DNA of 26,675 nucleotides from an uncultured Gemmatimonadota bacterium (GCA_937899135.1 CALBPS010000429.1:1-26675); one strand, 5' to 3'. Counted from the stretch's first letter, positions 1 to 8,835 are shown. The notes: a model not told the origin generated them from the sequence alone. A program made the numbers and translations.

Positions 1-52
1 GTGGGGGGGGTGGGGTGGGGGGGGGGGTGGTGGGGGTGGTTTTTTTTTTTTT
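1..52. other. Low-complexity G/T run and poly-T beyond the adapter (sequencing artefact)
   Basis: G-rich run followed by a T homopolymer directly abutting the P7 adapter. This is typical read-through past the adapter end. Confidence 0.9.
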
Positions 53-118
53 CAAGCAGAAGACGGCATACGAGATATATCAGTGTGACTGGAGTTCAGA
101 CGTGTGCTCTTCCGATCT
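53..118. other. Illumina TruSeq P7 indexed adapter (untrimmed)
   Basis: CAAGCAGAAGACGGCATACGAGAT (53-76), index ATATCAGT (77-84) and GTGACTGGAGTTCAGACGTGTGCTCTTCCGATCT (85-118) are an exact match to the known adapter. Confidence 0.99.
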
Positions 119-397
119 GGTCTGGCATACGAGCGCCTCGGTCTGGTCGACTCGGCCATCGCCATGTATCAGGTCGCCGTCGAGGATCCCTCGCTAGCTG
201 CCGTAGTCCAGGATATTCCATGGCGCGGCTTCACCTACAAGCGTCTCGGCGAGTTGTTCGAGGATCGGGACCGCGAGCAAGCCCTCGACTACTACACTCG
301 GTTCGTGGACCTGTGGCGGAACGCCGATCCTGAACTGCAACCGGTGGTCGATGAAGTGAAGTTGCGCATCTCCGAGTTGAGCGGGGAACCAAACTAG
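119..397 (+). CDS. 5'-truncated C-terminus of a TPR-containing protein, paralogue of the downstream Ser/Thr kinase-TPR protein
   Basis: Open frame from the adapter junction. DSAIAMYQ...YKRLGELFE...FVDLWRNADPELQPVVDEVKLRISELSGEPN aligns with the C-terminus of 458..3601 (DSAIAIYQ...YRRLGELHE...FVDQWREADAELQPQVDEVKQRMARLSGEPN). The N-terminal MLFRS in the ORF track comes from the adapter. Confidence 0.88.
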   Translation, partial: GLAYERLGLVDSAIAMYQVAVEDPSLAAVVQDIPWRGFTYKRLGELFEDRDREQALDYYTRFVDLWRNADPELQPVVDEVKLRISELSGEPN

Positions 398-409
398 CAG
401 CGATCAGTT

Positions 410-437
410 GTCCGCCGTCCGCTGACTGCCGACCGCC
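410..437 (+). repeat. Degenerate heptamer tandem repeat in intergenic spacer
   Basis: GTCCGCC-GTCCGCT-GACTGCC-GACCGCC, four units with a 7-nt period. Confidence 0.55.
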
Positions 438-457
438 AACCCAGAAGGGCACCACAC

Positions 458-3400
458 TTGGCTGACTTCATCGACCGCGTCCAAGCCGCCGTGGGCGACA
501 CCTACCGCATCGAAAAAGAACTCGGCGGCGGTGGCATGAGCCGCGTGTTTCTAGCCGAGGAGGTCGAGCTCCACCGCAAGGTCGTCATCAAGGTGCTGCC
601 GCCCGACATGGCGGCCGGCGTCAACCAGGATCGCTTCCGCCGGGAGATCCAGCTGGCGGCCTCGCTGCAGCACCCACACGTGGTACCCCTGCTGACCGCC
701 GGGTCGGACGACGATCTCCTCTACTACGTGATGCCCTACATCGAGGGCGAATCGCTCCGTGCCAAGCTGTCGCGCGAGGGAGAACTGCCGCTCAAGGAAG
801 TCATTCGCATCATCAGAGAGGTGACCGACGCGCTGTCGTTCGCCCACCGCCATGGCGTGGTACACCGCGACATCAAGCCCGATAACATCCTGCTGTCCGA
901 TGGCCACGCGGTGGTAACGGACTTCGGCGTGTCGAAGGCGGTGTCCGAATCCACCGGGGGCGCCTCTTCGCTGACATCGCTGGGTGTGGCGCTGGGGACG
1001 CCGGCCTACATGTCGCCCGAGCAGGCGGCGGCCGATCCCCACGTCGACCACCGGGCCGACATCTATGCCTTGGGCGCCATGGCCTACGAGATGCTGACCG
1101 GCCAGCCGCCGTTTACCGGGGTTACCCCACAAGCCGTGCTGGCCGCGCAGGTAAGCGAAGCCCCGGCGCCGGTGGACCGTCACCGGACCACCATCCCCGC
1201 GCCCTTGGCCAACCTGGTGATGCGCTGCCTGGAGAAACGGCCTGCGGACCGGTGGCAGGCGGCCAACGAGATGTTGCCGCTGCTCGAATCGGCGGCTACG
1301 CCCACCGGCGGCATGACGCCGACCGGCACCGCGCCCTACCGGAGCGTCGACCTCGATTCGGCCCGGCACGGGCATCCGGTTAGGGTGGCCACCCTGTTCA
1401 TCCTGGCGGCCGTGGGCGTACTGGCGCTGGTGTACGTCGCCGTCATCCAGTTCGGCCTGCCGCTGTGGGTGTTCTGGGGCGGTGTGGGTCTGCTGGTGAT
1501 CGGCTTTCCCGTCGTGCTGGTGACAGGCCACCACGAACGCCGGCGGGCGGTGGCCGCGGCCACGGGTATGGCTGCGGCCGCACACGCCAGCGTGGGCATC
1601 CGCCGCTGGTTTACCTGGCGCATGGCGCTCCTGGGCGGTGTGGTGGCCTTTGCCGGCCTGGGAGTCGTCGCTGCGGGCTATACCCTCATGCGAGTAATGG
1701 GGATTGGACCGGTGGGAACGGTGATCGCATCGGGCGCCCTGGACGCCAAGGATCCGATCATCATCGCGGAATTCAACAACCGCACGGCAGACAGCACCTT
1801 GGGACGGACCGCGACGGAGTTGTTGCGCATCGGTCTGACCCAATCGCAGGTGGTCACGGTACTGCAGCCCACGCAGGTGGAGGCCGTGCTCAAGCGTATG
1901 CAACTGGATCCGTCGACCACGGTGGATCCGCCACTGGCCCGGGAAATGGCGGAGCGAGAGGGGATCAAGGCTTACATCGCTGGTGAGATCGTAGCAATCG
2001 GCAACGGCTACGCCATTTCAGCCAGCCTCACCTCGAGCACGGGGGATGTGCTGGTGGCTCGGCAGGCCAACGCGGCCAACGCAGACCAAATCGTCGGCGC
2101 CATGGACGACCTGTCATCGGGTCTCAGGGAACGTATCGGCGAATCGCTCACTACCATCCGCCGTAGCGGTCCGCTCGACAAGGTCACCACCGGCTCGCTC
2201 CAGGCGCTCCGGCTGTACACCCAGGCGCTCAAGGCCGAGAACGACGGTGACCCCGCCCGGGCAGTGGATCTCCTGGAGGAGGCGGTCCGGATCGACACGG
2301 CCTTCGCCATGGCCTACCGCAAGATCGGCGTCATCCTGGGCAACACCTTCGAGCAGCGCGACCGGATGGTCGAAGCCACTAAGCTCGCCTACCTGCATCG
2401 TGACCGACTGTCCGAATTGGAGCGCCACCACGCGGTGGCGATGTACCACACACGCGTTACCGGCAACCGTGACGAAACCATGGGGGCCTATCGGACGCTG
2501 CTGGACGCCTATCCCGATGACGCAACGGCACTCAACAACCTGGCCGTGATGTATAGCCAACTTCGTGATGATCAACGGGCCCAGGAACTGTACCAGCGAG
2601 CGTTGGCGCTGGACCCCACCATCGGGACGTTCCATTCCAATGTGATCGGGACCTTCGGCAACATGGGCATGTTCGATTCGGCCGAGGTGGCGATCGAGCG
2701 ATTTGCCGAGGCGTTTCCCGGCAATCCACAGATCCTAACTCAACGGGCAGATCTGGCCGAAAAACAGCAGGACTGGCACTCGGTAGAGGATTACTGGAAC
2801 CAAGTGGCCGCGGATCAGCGGGGCAACCTGTTTTGGGAGGGTTCGGCCAGTTGGTCACTGGCCGCCCTGGCTGATCTGCAGGGGCAAGTGGCCAAGGCAA
2901 ACAGACACTGGCGCGACGCCAATTCCGCTTCGTTGCAACGGGGGATTAGCGACGGCTACCTTATCAACCTGGCGCAGCAGGGATTGGTCGACGTGATGGT
3001 ACGGCGCCGGCCCGATGACGCCGTGGACCGCATCGAGCGTGGTTTGAAAGATCACCCGCTGGATTCTCTGGCCGTCCGCGATCGCCCCTATATCTGGCTA
3101 ATATGGCTCTACTCCGCGGCGGGGAGGGTGCCCGAGGCCAATAGCTACTTGAGCGACTTCCTGGCTTCAGGGCAAATACAAGAGAGCCGTCAGTCCGAGC
3201 GCTGGTCGCATTTTGGCCGGGGTGTCATCCAAATAGCTGAGGGCAATGCCGCCGGCGCCATCCAGGAACTTCGTGAGTTCGATGAAGACACCGGCTGCCG
3301 TGTTTGTGTCCTGCCGCTGCTGGCTCGAGCCTACGACCTACAGGGCGACGCCGATTCGGCCATTGCCATCTACCAGCGATACACCGATGGCTACTCGCGG

Positions 3401-3601
3401 GGGATGTGGATAGACCACGCTGAACTCGCTGGGGCCTACCGACGATTGGGCGAGTTGCACGAAGAGCAGGGCGACACCGAAGCCGCCCTGCAGCGCTATG
3501 GCCAATTCGTCGATCAGTGGCGCGAGGCCGACGCGGAGCTCCAGCCGCAAGTAGACGAGGTCAAACAGCGCATGGCTCGCTTGAGTGGAGAGCCTAACTG
3601 A
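458..3601 (+). CDS. Membrane-anchored Hanks-type Ser/Thr protein kinase with TM segments, a central alpha/beta domain and C-terminal TPR repeats
   Basis: Kinase motifs LGGGGMSRV, VVIK, HRDIKPDN, DFG and GTPAYMSPE. Hydrophobic segments at about aa 310-355 and 385-410. Multiple TPR-like repeats (ALNNLAVMY...AQELYQRALALDP). TTG start with a purine-rich RBS (AGAAGGG). Confidence 0.93.
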   Translation: MADFIDRVQAAVGDTYRIEKELGGGGMSRVFLAEEVELHRKVVIKVLPPDMAAGVNQDRFRREIQLAASLQHPHVVPLLTAGSDDDLLYYVMPYIEGESLRAKLSREGELPLKEVIRIIREVTDALSFAHRHGVVHRDIKPDNILLSDGHAVVTDFGVSKAVSESTGGASSLTSLGVALGTPAYMSPEQAAADPHVDHRADIYALGAMAYEMLTGQPPFTGVTPQAVLAAQVSEAPAPVDRHRTTIPAPLANLVMRCLEKRPADRWQAANEMLPLLESAATPTGGMTPTGTAPYRSVDLDSARHGHPVRVATLFILAAVGVLALVYVAVIQFGLPLWVFWGGVGLLVIGFPVVLVTGHHERRRAVAAATGMAAAAHASVGIRRWFTWRMALLGGVVAFAGLGVVAAGYTLMRVMGIGPVGTVIASGALDAKDPIIIAEFNNRTADSTLGRTATELLRIGLTQSQVVTVLQPTQVEAVLKRMQLDPSTTVDPPLAREMAEREGIKAYIAGEIVAIGNGYAISASLTSSTGDVLVARQANAANADQIVGAMDDLSSGLRERIGESLTTIRRSGPLDKVTTGSLQALRLYTQALKAENDGDPARAVDLLEEAVRIDTAFAMAYRKIGVILGNTFEQRDRMVEATKLAYLHRDRLSELERHHAVAMYHTRVTGNRDETMGAYRTLLDAYPDDATALNNLAVMYSQLRDDQRAQELYQRALALDPTIGTFHSNVIGTFGNMGMFDSAEVAIERFAEAFPGNPQILTQRADLAEKQQDWHSVEDYWNQVAADQRGNLFWEGSASWSLAALADLQGQVAKANRHWRDANSASLQRGISDGYLINLAQQGLVDVMVRRRPDDAVDRIERGLKDHPLDSLAVRDRPYIWLIWLYSAAGRVPEANSYLSDFLASGQIQESRQSERWSHFGRGVIQIAEGNAAGAIQELREFDEDTGCRVCVLPLLARAYDLQGDADSAIAIYQRYTDGYSRGMWIDHAELAGAYRRLGELHEEQGDTEAALQRYGQFVDQWREADAELQPQVDEVKQRMARLSGEPN

Positions 3602-3737
3602 CGGGAGCCGGCAACCAGCCGGTAGCTGGCCCCCGGCCTGCCGGGCAACTTGCATCAACCCATCATCGGCGTTGCGGGCGGAGTAGCTTCGGGGGGTCAG
3701 CATGACCACACACTAATCCATTGGGCATGGGCGGGTT

Positions 3738-3888
3738 GGAAAGAGGGGAGGCGATGGACAGGGGTCGGAGAAACCCGCGGGTCGGAGAGTATACTGAGAC
3801 CCGGCGCTGCCCACCGCAGAAGGGAAGGGCCGCGGGAGTCGGACCGAATCCGGGCAGGGCGCCCGAAGTCCGACCCCCTCTTCCCTTC
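3738..3888. other. Highly structured intergenic element between convergent genes (candidate terminator or ncRNA)
   Basis: Long hairpin at 3819-3888: GAAGGGAAG/CTTCCCTTC, GTCGGAC/GTCCGAC and CGGGC/GCCCG. A direct repeat GGGTCGGAGA at 3762-3771 and 3779-3788 can pair alternatively with the TCCGACC arm. Confidence 0.4.
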
Positions 3889-3897
3889 TTCCCTCAG

Positions 3898-5778
3898 TCA
3901 GTTGACGTCGATCTTCATTACCACTTTGAGCGTGGCACCGCTCACCGTTGCCTGCAGCCATGAGCGGCCAGTCTTGTTTCCCAGGATCCACATGGTACTG
4001 GCGCGTCCGTCATCCCCGGTCATGGCCCGCTGCGGATTGACGATTCCGGCGGGACCGCTGAAGCGGACCTGCTTGTCTGCCACCGGATTGCCGTAGGCGT
4101 CGGTCACCAACACCACTACCCGTCGTGCCAGAGGCTTCCCGGCGGTGCCGGCGGTGGGCGGTTTCACGAACTCGATGTTCCCCGCGCTCCTCGGTTCGGC
4201 AGTGGCGACGGCCACCAGTGGCGCCTTTACCCCGGCCACACGGATGGCCAGCTCCTGCCTGCCCGACCGGCGGCCCAGGGTCCAGGGGATGGCCACTTGG
4301 CCTTTGACGTCACTGGCCAGCACGGCCTCGAGAACCGACCCATGCCTGGCCTCGACAGTGACTTCGACTCCGGGGACCGGGTTATCGTGTTCGTCGAGGG
4401 CCCGCACGACGATGGCCTTGCTAAGCCCCTTCCCCACAGTGCCGTGCTGCCCTTTGCCGCTGACGATCTCGGCGCGGCTCACCCGCCCGGGCTCGGCCAA
4501 CGCGTCGATGACGTGCGGCGGAATCGTCCGCGGGTTGCCGACCGACACGTCGGCGTGCTGCTGCCCGGCGTGGCCGCCTAGCGTCCACCGGGCGCGAGCC
4601 TGGCCCAGGGAGTCCGTACGCCGGTCGATCGGGTCGATGGTACCACCGTCCCGGGTCGACCAGGTCACGGGCAGATCGGGGAGAATGCGGCCCAGTGAAT
4701 CGGTCACCTCGATCGTCAGTGTGTCGGCCAGCGCGGTGCCGAAGCGGGCTGCCAGGTCGTCGTGCAGGCTGGTGATCTCGATGTTGTTAGGGTGCGGATC
4801 GGCTTCGGCGTACACCATCAGCGTACTGTCAGCACCATCCACGGAAACACGCACCGCCTGACGGCCGGGAGTCGGTCCCAGGGTCCACCGCGTCCGGGCG
4901 ACGCCGGTGCCGTCCGTCATTACCTCTTCGTGCTCCACCGTGCCGCTGCCGAACAGCGGATAGAATCGTATGGTGGCTCTCTCGAGCGGCGTACCACCGC
5001 GGGACCACACTCGGACTTCCACGGGACGGTCCAGACGCCGCCCGGCCGCGGCGTGTTGCTCGCCACCCACCAGCGCTATCTGCTCCGCCGCCGGAACGAC
5101 GCGGATGGTTGCCTGGGAGCTCACCCCCTCGAGGGACGCCGTGACCACCGCCCGTCCGGGAGTGATGCCGGTGGCCGTTCCCAGCGAGTCGATGGTGAGG
5201 ACGCTGTGATCGGAGGACGTCCATCGGGGTCGCAGGCCGAGGATTTCGTGCCGCCGGGCGTCGACTGCCATGGCGAAGATGGGCCTGCTTTCCTGCTCCG
5301 GAATGCTGAATGTGCTGTCGACGTCGATTTTCACTCCCGCGAGCCGCTGTGAGGCGACCACCCAGGAGGTGTCGGAGTACTCCCGGACTTCGGCCACGAT
5401 GCCGGTCTTCCCAGGACCGCGCACCACGGTCACACCGCTCGAGTCCACCACTGCGACGGCCGGGTCTAGGCTGCGCCACGTCACGCTCGCCCCGAAGAGG
5501 GTACTTCCTCGCTTGTCGGTAACGGTCGCCGCCAGGTGGATCGAATCACCAATGGCGAACGCCGTGTCGCCACGCGGAGTCAGGCGGATGCTGCGGACGG
5601 CGTAGTCCGACAACGACAGTCCCTCGGAGGCGATCCATCCAAACAGACCGATCGAGTCCGAATCGGACATGAACGACACCATGGCCGCTCCCGAGGTGAC
5701 GCTCAGTGCCACCCACTTGGCGACGGTGCCCACCATGCTGGCGCGGTGGTGGCCCGCTGGATTCTTACGAGCTGGCAT
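3898..5778 (-). CDS. Bacterial Ig-like repeat (Big_2 plus Big_1/invasin-type) cell-surface or exported protein
   Basis: Two Big_2-like repeats (VTWRSLDPAVAVVDSSG; WTSSDHSVLTIDSLG) and four repeats of the form 'TD..G.A...WTLG...G.Q'. Hydrophobic N-terminal segment. The start is uncertain (5778, 5736 or further upstream, up to 5973). Confidence 0.82.
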   Translation of the reverse strand: MPARKNPAGHHRASMVGTVAKWVALSVTSGAAMVSFMSDSDSIGLFGWIASEGLSLSDYAVRSIRLTPRGDTAFAIGDSIHLAATVTDKRGSTLFGASVTWRSLDPAVAVVDSSGVTVVRGPGKTGIVAEVREYSDTSWVVASQRLAGVKIDVDSTFSIPEQESRPIFAMAVDARRHEILGLRPRWTSSDHSVLTIDSLGTATGITPGRAVVTASLEGVSSQATIRVVPAAEQIALVGGEQHAAAGRRLDRPVEVRVWSRGGTPLERATIRFYPLFGSGTVEHEEVMTDGTGVARTRWTLGPTPGRQAVRVSVDGADSTLMVYAEADPHPNNIEITSLHDDLAARFGTALADTLTIEVTDSLGRILPDLPVTWSTRDGGTIDPIDRRTDSLGQARARWTLGGHAGQQHADVSVGNPRTIPPHVIDALAEPGRVSRAEIVSGKGQHGTVGKGLSKAIVVRALDEHDNPVPGVEVTVEARHGSVLEAVLASDVKGQVAIPWTLGRRSGRQELAIRVAGVKAPLVAVATAEPRSAGNIEFVKPPTAGTAGKPLARRVVVLVTDAYGNPVADKQVRFSGPAGIVNPQRAMTGDDGRASTMWILGNKTGRSWLQATVSGATLKVVMKIDVN

Positions 5779-6007
5779 GAACTCGGTCGTTGGGAGGGTG
5801 AATTGGTTAACCGGAGGAACCAAGTCGGCACGATCCACGCCACGGGATTTGGCCGCGGGCGCGAGCCATAACACCAAGAGTGACAACAAGATATGGATGA
5901 TGACACGGGGCGGGTGATCGACCGGCGACCGGCGGATCGCCAGACCCTGCAGGCGACTGCCCGGGCACTGCAAATAGCTGCAGCGTTGGCTGGGACTCTG
6001 GAAGATG

Positions 6008-6454
6008 TCAGGAGCGGTTCAGCAGGCTGGCGATGCTCTGCACCACCTCGGCTTCCGCCTGACTGATGTTGTGCTCATCGAAGACGTCCGTGGCGGAACT
6101 ATTGGCCACGTGATTGGCCAACTGGAGGAGATCCCTGATGAATCGCTCGACCTCCGCGGGTACCAGTTTGCCCAGCAGCAGAATACGGGTTTGCTGCATG
6201 GCGGTCACGAAATCGCGCTCGTCCTGCAGATACGCGGTGAATACCGTCGGAAAGTCGTCTTCCATCGACCGCAGGATCTCCGACAGCACCGGGCTGTCGA
6301 AGGCGACCTCGGTCAGGATATCGAACAATGCCGCCCGCTCCCGTTGGTCGATGGTGTCGTCTACCTGGGCTACCCGGAAATACACTCGCAGGACGGCAAA
6401 CTGGAGCGTCCGCCATTCGTCGTTGGTAAAACGTGCGTCCTGGACTTCCACCAT
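6008..6454 (-). CDS. TerB-like helical protein (tellurite-resistance TerB superfamily)
   Basis: Duplicated TerB-type signature VAQVDDTIDQRERAAL and LANHVANS...ISQAEAEVVQSIASLL. AGGAG RBS upstream of the ATG. Confidence 0.6.
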   Translation of the reverse strand: MVEVQDARFTNDEWRTLQFAVLRVYFRVAQVDDTIDQRERAALFDILTEVAFDSPVLSEILRSMEDDFPTVFTAYLQDERDFVTAMQQTRILLLGKLVPAEVERFIRDLLQLANHVANSSATDVFDEHNISQAEAEVVQSIASLLNRS

Positions 6455-6625
6455 ATGGGCTCCTGGAGAACGGTCGGGCGCCAGTTGATCACTTAGTAAT
6501 GAACCTTACCGCGTGACCGCCCACCGTGGATGTGTTCCAGCGCACATTTCCGGGTTTTCGGTCGATTCCCTCCCCTGGCGGTTTGCCGGCGTCCATATTG
6601 CTGGTGTCCCCAACGACGAGTTCTC

Positions 6626-7294
6626 ATGGAACGGATTCCTGAACCCGAACTAATGGCCGAAGATGATCAGGCGCAGGCATACGCCTTGGCGGATTTTGAA
6701 GAGGCGCACCGCCGCATGCTCGAGGTGTTCCATGATTGTTTCCCGTCGCTGCCCGACACCGGCCATGCGGTGGATCTCGGGTGTGGGCCCGGGGATATAG
6801 CGTGCCGCTTTGCTGCTCGCTATCCTGGCTGGCGCGTTGACGGGGTGGATGCCTCTCCGGCGATGCTGGGATATGGGCCCGTTGTCATGGATCGCTACCC
6901 CGGGGTAGCAACGCGGGTCACGTTGGTTGAGGGCCTGCTGCCCCATTGCCCCGTTCCGCGTGAGCGATATGACGTGGTCCTGAGTAACAGCCTCCTCCAC
7001 CACTTGGCCGATCCCCAAGTTCTGTGGATCGCGGTCCGGCGTCTGGTGAGTTCCGGCGCTCCGGTACTGATCATGGACCTCGTCCGCCCGGCGGCCGACG
7101 ACGACGTTGATGGCTTGGTGGAGGAGTATGCGTCGGGAGAGCCGGAGGTACTGCGCCGCGACTTCGCCAATTCGCTGCGCGCCGCCTACCGGGTCGATGA
7201 AGTAGCATCGCAGTTGGTGGAGGCGCGGCTGCCGTGGTTGGCGGTGGCAATGGTGACGGACCGTCACATGATCGTGTCCGGCGTCGCTCCCTGA
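6626..7294 (+). CDS. Class I SAM-dependent methyltransferase
   Basis: Motif I VDLGCGPG, motif II GVDASPAML and YDVVLSNSLLHH. The N-terminus MERIPEPELM is typical of this family, so the start is placed at ATG 6626. Confidence 0.9.
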   Translation: MERIPEPELMAEDDQAQAYALADFEEAHRRMLEVFHDCFPSLPDTGHAVDLGCGPGDIACRFAARYPGWRVDGVDASPAMLGYGPVVMDRYPGVATRVTLVEGLLPHCPVPRERYDVVLSNSLLHHLADPQVLWIAVRRLVSSGAPVLIMDLVRPAADDDVDGLVEEYASGEPEVLRRDFANSLRAAYRVDEVASQLVEARLPWLAVAMVTDRHMIVSGVAP

Positions 7295-7303
7295 AAGCGG
7301 AGG

Positions 7304-7915
7304 CTATGCCTCTCCGGCACGGCGGACGCGCCGATTGAGCCGCAAGAACTCGAAGAATCGCGGCATCAGGAACCGGCGAGGCGGGGGGCCGGGGTCGGCC
7401 GATTGGAGAACCGCTAGCAGGTCCTGCGGGCTCACTTGGCGTGTCATCGTGTCCAACGAGCGAGCCAGCACAGTTCGCCCACGGCCAACCGTCACCATGG
7501 CGGGGATGGGGATCCCTCCGTGTTCGTGCTCGTTCAGCAGGTCCCAGGTGCGGATGACGCTGCGATCGGTATCGCACAACAGATCGAAGGGGAGATAAAG
7601 CTCGGCCTGCAGCAATGCCGCCGTCCGAGGAGGGTCGACCGATACAGCCGCCAGGTCGAAACCGGCGGCACCGATGGCGTCGAAGTGATCACGAAAGTCC
7701 GCCAACTGGCGAACGCAGAACGGTCACCAATGGCCTCGGTAGAACAGAAGAATGGCAGGTCGGGTGTCCACCTGCTCGTCGAGGTGCCACGGTTGCTGAC
7801 TGGCGTTCGAGAGTTGGAAGTCGGGGGCCACGGCCCCCACTCGTGGGATATTGGGTCGCCCGGGCGGTTGGTCATCGTCCATCGTCGGATCGTTGCTCCG
7901 CGGGTCGTCAATCAT
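7304..7915 (-). CDS. AhpC/TSA peroxiredoxin-like (redoxin) probable selenoprotein with UxxC motif
   Basis: The track ORFs 7724..7942 and 7304..7705 are in the same frame and separated by a single TGA (7724-7726): APDFQL...AILLFYRGHW-TGA-PFCVRQLADF...AVSVD...PFDLLCD. The TGA occupies the first Cys position of the WCPFC motif and is followed by a SECIS-like hairpin. ATG 7915 overlaps the upstream stop (ATGA). Confidence 0.85.
7697..7726 (-). promoter_or_regulatory. Bacterial SECIS element downstream of the in-frame UGA
   Basis: UGA-CCGUUCUGC-GUUCGCC-AGUU-GGCGGAC forms a 7-bp stem (one G-U). The 4-nt apical loop starts 16 nt after the UGA and has G at its second position, fitting the general bacterial SECIS consensus. 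Confidence 0.7.
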
Positions 7916-8835
7916 GCTTCGGGCTCGAGGAATTCGATCCACATCCCGCGCGCCAGCCCGGGCGGCACGAGAAACGATCGTCCTCTCCCGGAAACCGTGG
8001 TGAAGGGGAATCGTCGCCCCACGCCAGTGGCGACCACCTGGCGCGCTCGCACGATACTCTCGACGATTATTGTCACGCCCATGATGCTCTCGCCCTGTTG
8101 TTCGAGATACGAGGCGGTGATGCCTTTGAGGTCGGTGGGGCTCACGAGAACCAGGGTCCCTTGCGCCATGGGGAATGCACGACCCAGTCCGTTGAGCGGT
8201 TGCATGGCGACGACATCCCCGGCTGTCCAGCCCAGGGCCTCCAGTCGTCGGGTCGTTGCAGCAATGTCCCGGACCACCAGCCAGGCCGCGGTCAGGCCGA
8301 CAGCGGTGTTGGCGTGAACCACCGCGGTGCCGGAGTCAGCGGGATGGTCCAGGTACTGAATGAAGAACACCCGACGAAGCGGTTCCGGTTCCATGAGGGC
8401 CACGGTTCGGAACCCACTGGGGCTGGGCCCCGTGTCGCTGAAGCCGGCGTCACGACTGGTCAGGTGGTCCACTACCGCCGTCATCGAGTCCGTAGCAAAC
8501 GCCAGAAAAGCTCCACCCTCCCGGTGTTCGAGAACCTCCAGGTACCACTTTGACACGCTGTCCCGGGCCTCTGTGGCGGTGATCAACTCCAGGAGCGTGC
8601 CATCCTGCAGCTTCAGGAACACGTTGCGGATGGAATTCTGGTGGAGCCGGCCGGGAGTAGCGGTGAAGCCCAGGGCAGTGTAGCTGGTGGTGGCGGCACC
8701 GAGATCGCGGACGGCGATAGGGACGTGATCTAGCCTGGCCGCGGTGACGGGCGTGCCTTGGGCCATTAGCACCGACACCGGAATCGCCAGCTGGACGAGC
8801 ATGCTCCACGTGTGCCTAGCGAGCCAGACGGACAT
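7912..8835 (-). CDS. VOC / glyoxalase-like (Glyoxalase_3-type) protein with two VOC domains and a possible signal peptide
   Basis: RLDHVPIAVRDL...ALGF...G...RNVFLKLQDGTLLELI and a second repeat GLTAAWLVVRDI...ALGW. The start is uncertain (8835 or 8802). Confidence 0.8.
   Translation of the reverse strand: MSVWLARHTWSMLVQLAIPVSVLMAQGTPVTAARLDHVPIAVRDLGAATTSYTALGFTATPGRLHQNSIRNVFLKLQDGTLLELITATEARDSVSKWYLEVLEHREGGAFLAFATDSMTAVVDHLTSRDAGFSDTGPSPSGFRTVALMEPEPLRRVFFIQYLDHPADSGTAVVHANTAVGLTAAWLVVRDIAATTRRLEALGWTAGDVVAMQPLNGLGRAFPMAQGTLVLVSPTDLKGITASYLEQQGESIMGVTIIVESIVRARQVVATGVGRRFPFTTVSGRGRSFLVPPGLARGMWIEFLEPEA

Noticed and set aside
1-333. ORFs 1..333, 15..197 and the mirror ORF 26435..26656 ([26 protein letters not shown])
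   Set aside because: They are translations of the Illumina adapter and homopolymer tails.
551-1903. Long antisense ORF of 450 aa and similar overlapping ORFs (e.g. 9304..10059, 10947..11717, 18861..19628, 24969..25841)
   Set aside because: These are shadow frames of well-supported genes in high-GC DNA and show no recognisable motifs.
3660-3897. Known RNAs (RNase P, SRP, tmRNA, 6S, cobalamin or c-di-GMP riboswitch) or CRISPR in this spacer
   Set aside because: I could not find their diagnostic motifs, and there is no repeat-spacer periodicity. It is kept only as an unassigned structured element.
6008-6454. Tellurite-resistance (ter) operon
   Set aside because: It is a single TerB-like gene with only motif-level similarity, and no other ter genes are nearby.
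7304-7942. Two separate small genes or a nonsense pseudogene
   Set aside because: The single TGA falls exactly on the catalytic Cys column and is followed by a SECIS-like hairpin, and both halves look intact. Sec recoding is the better explanation.
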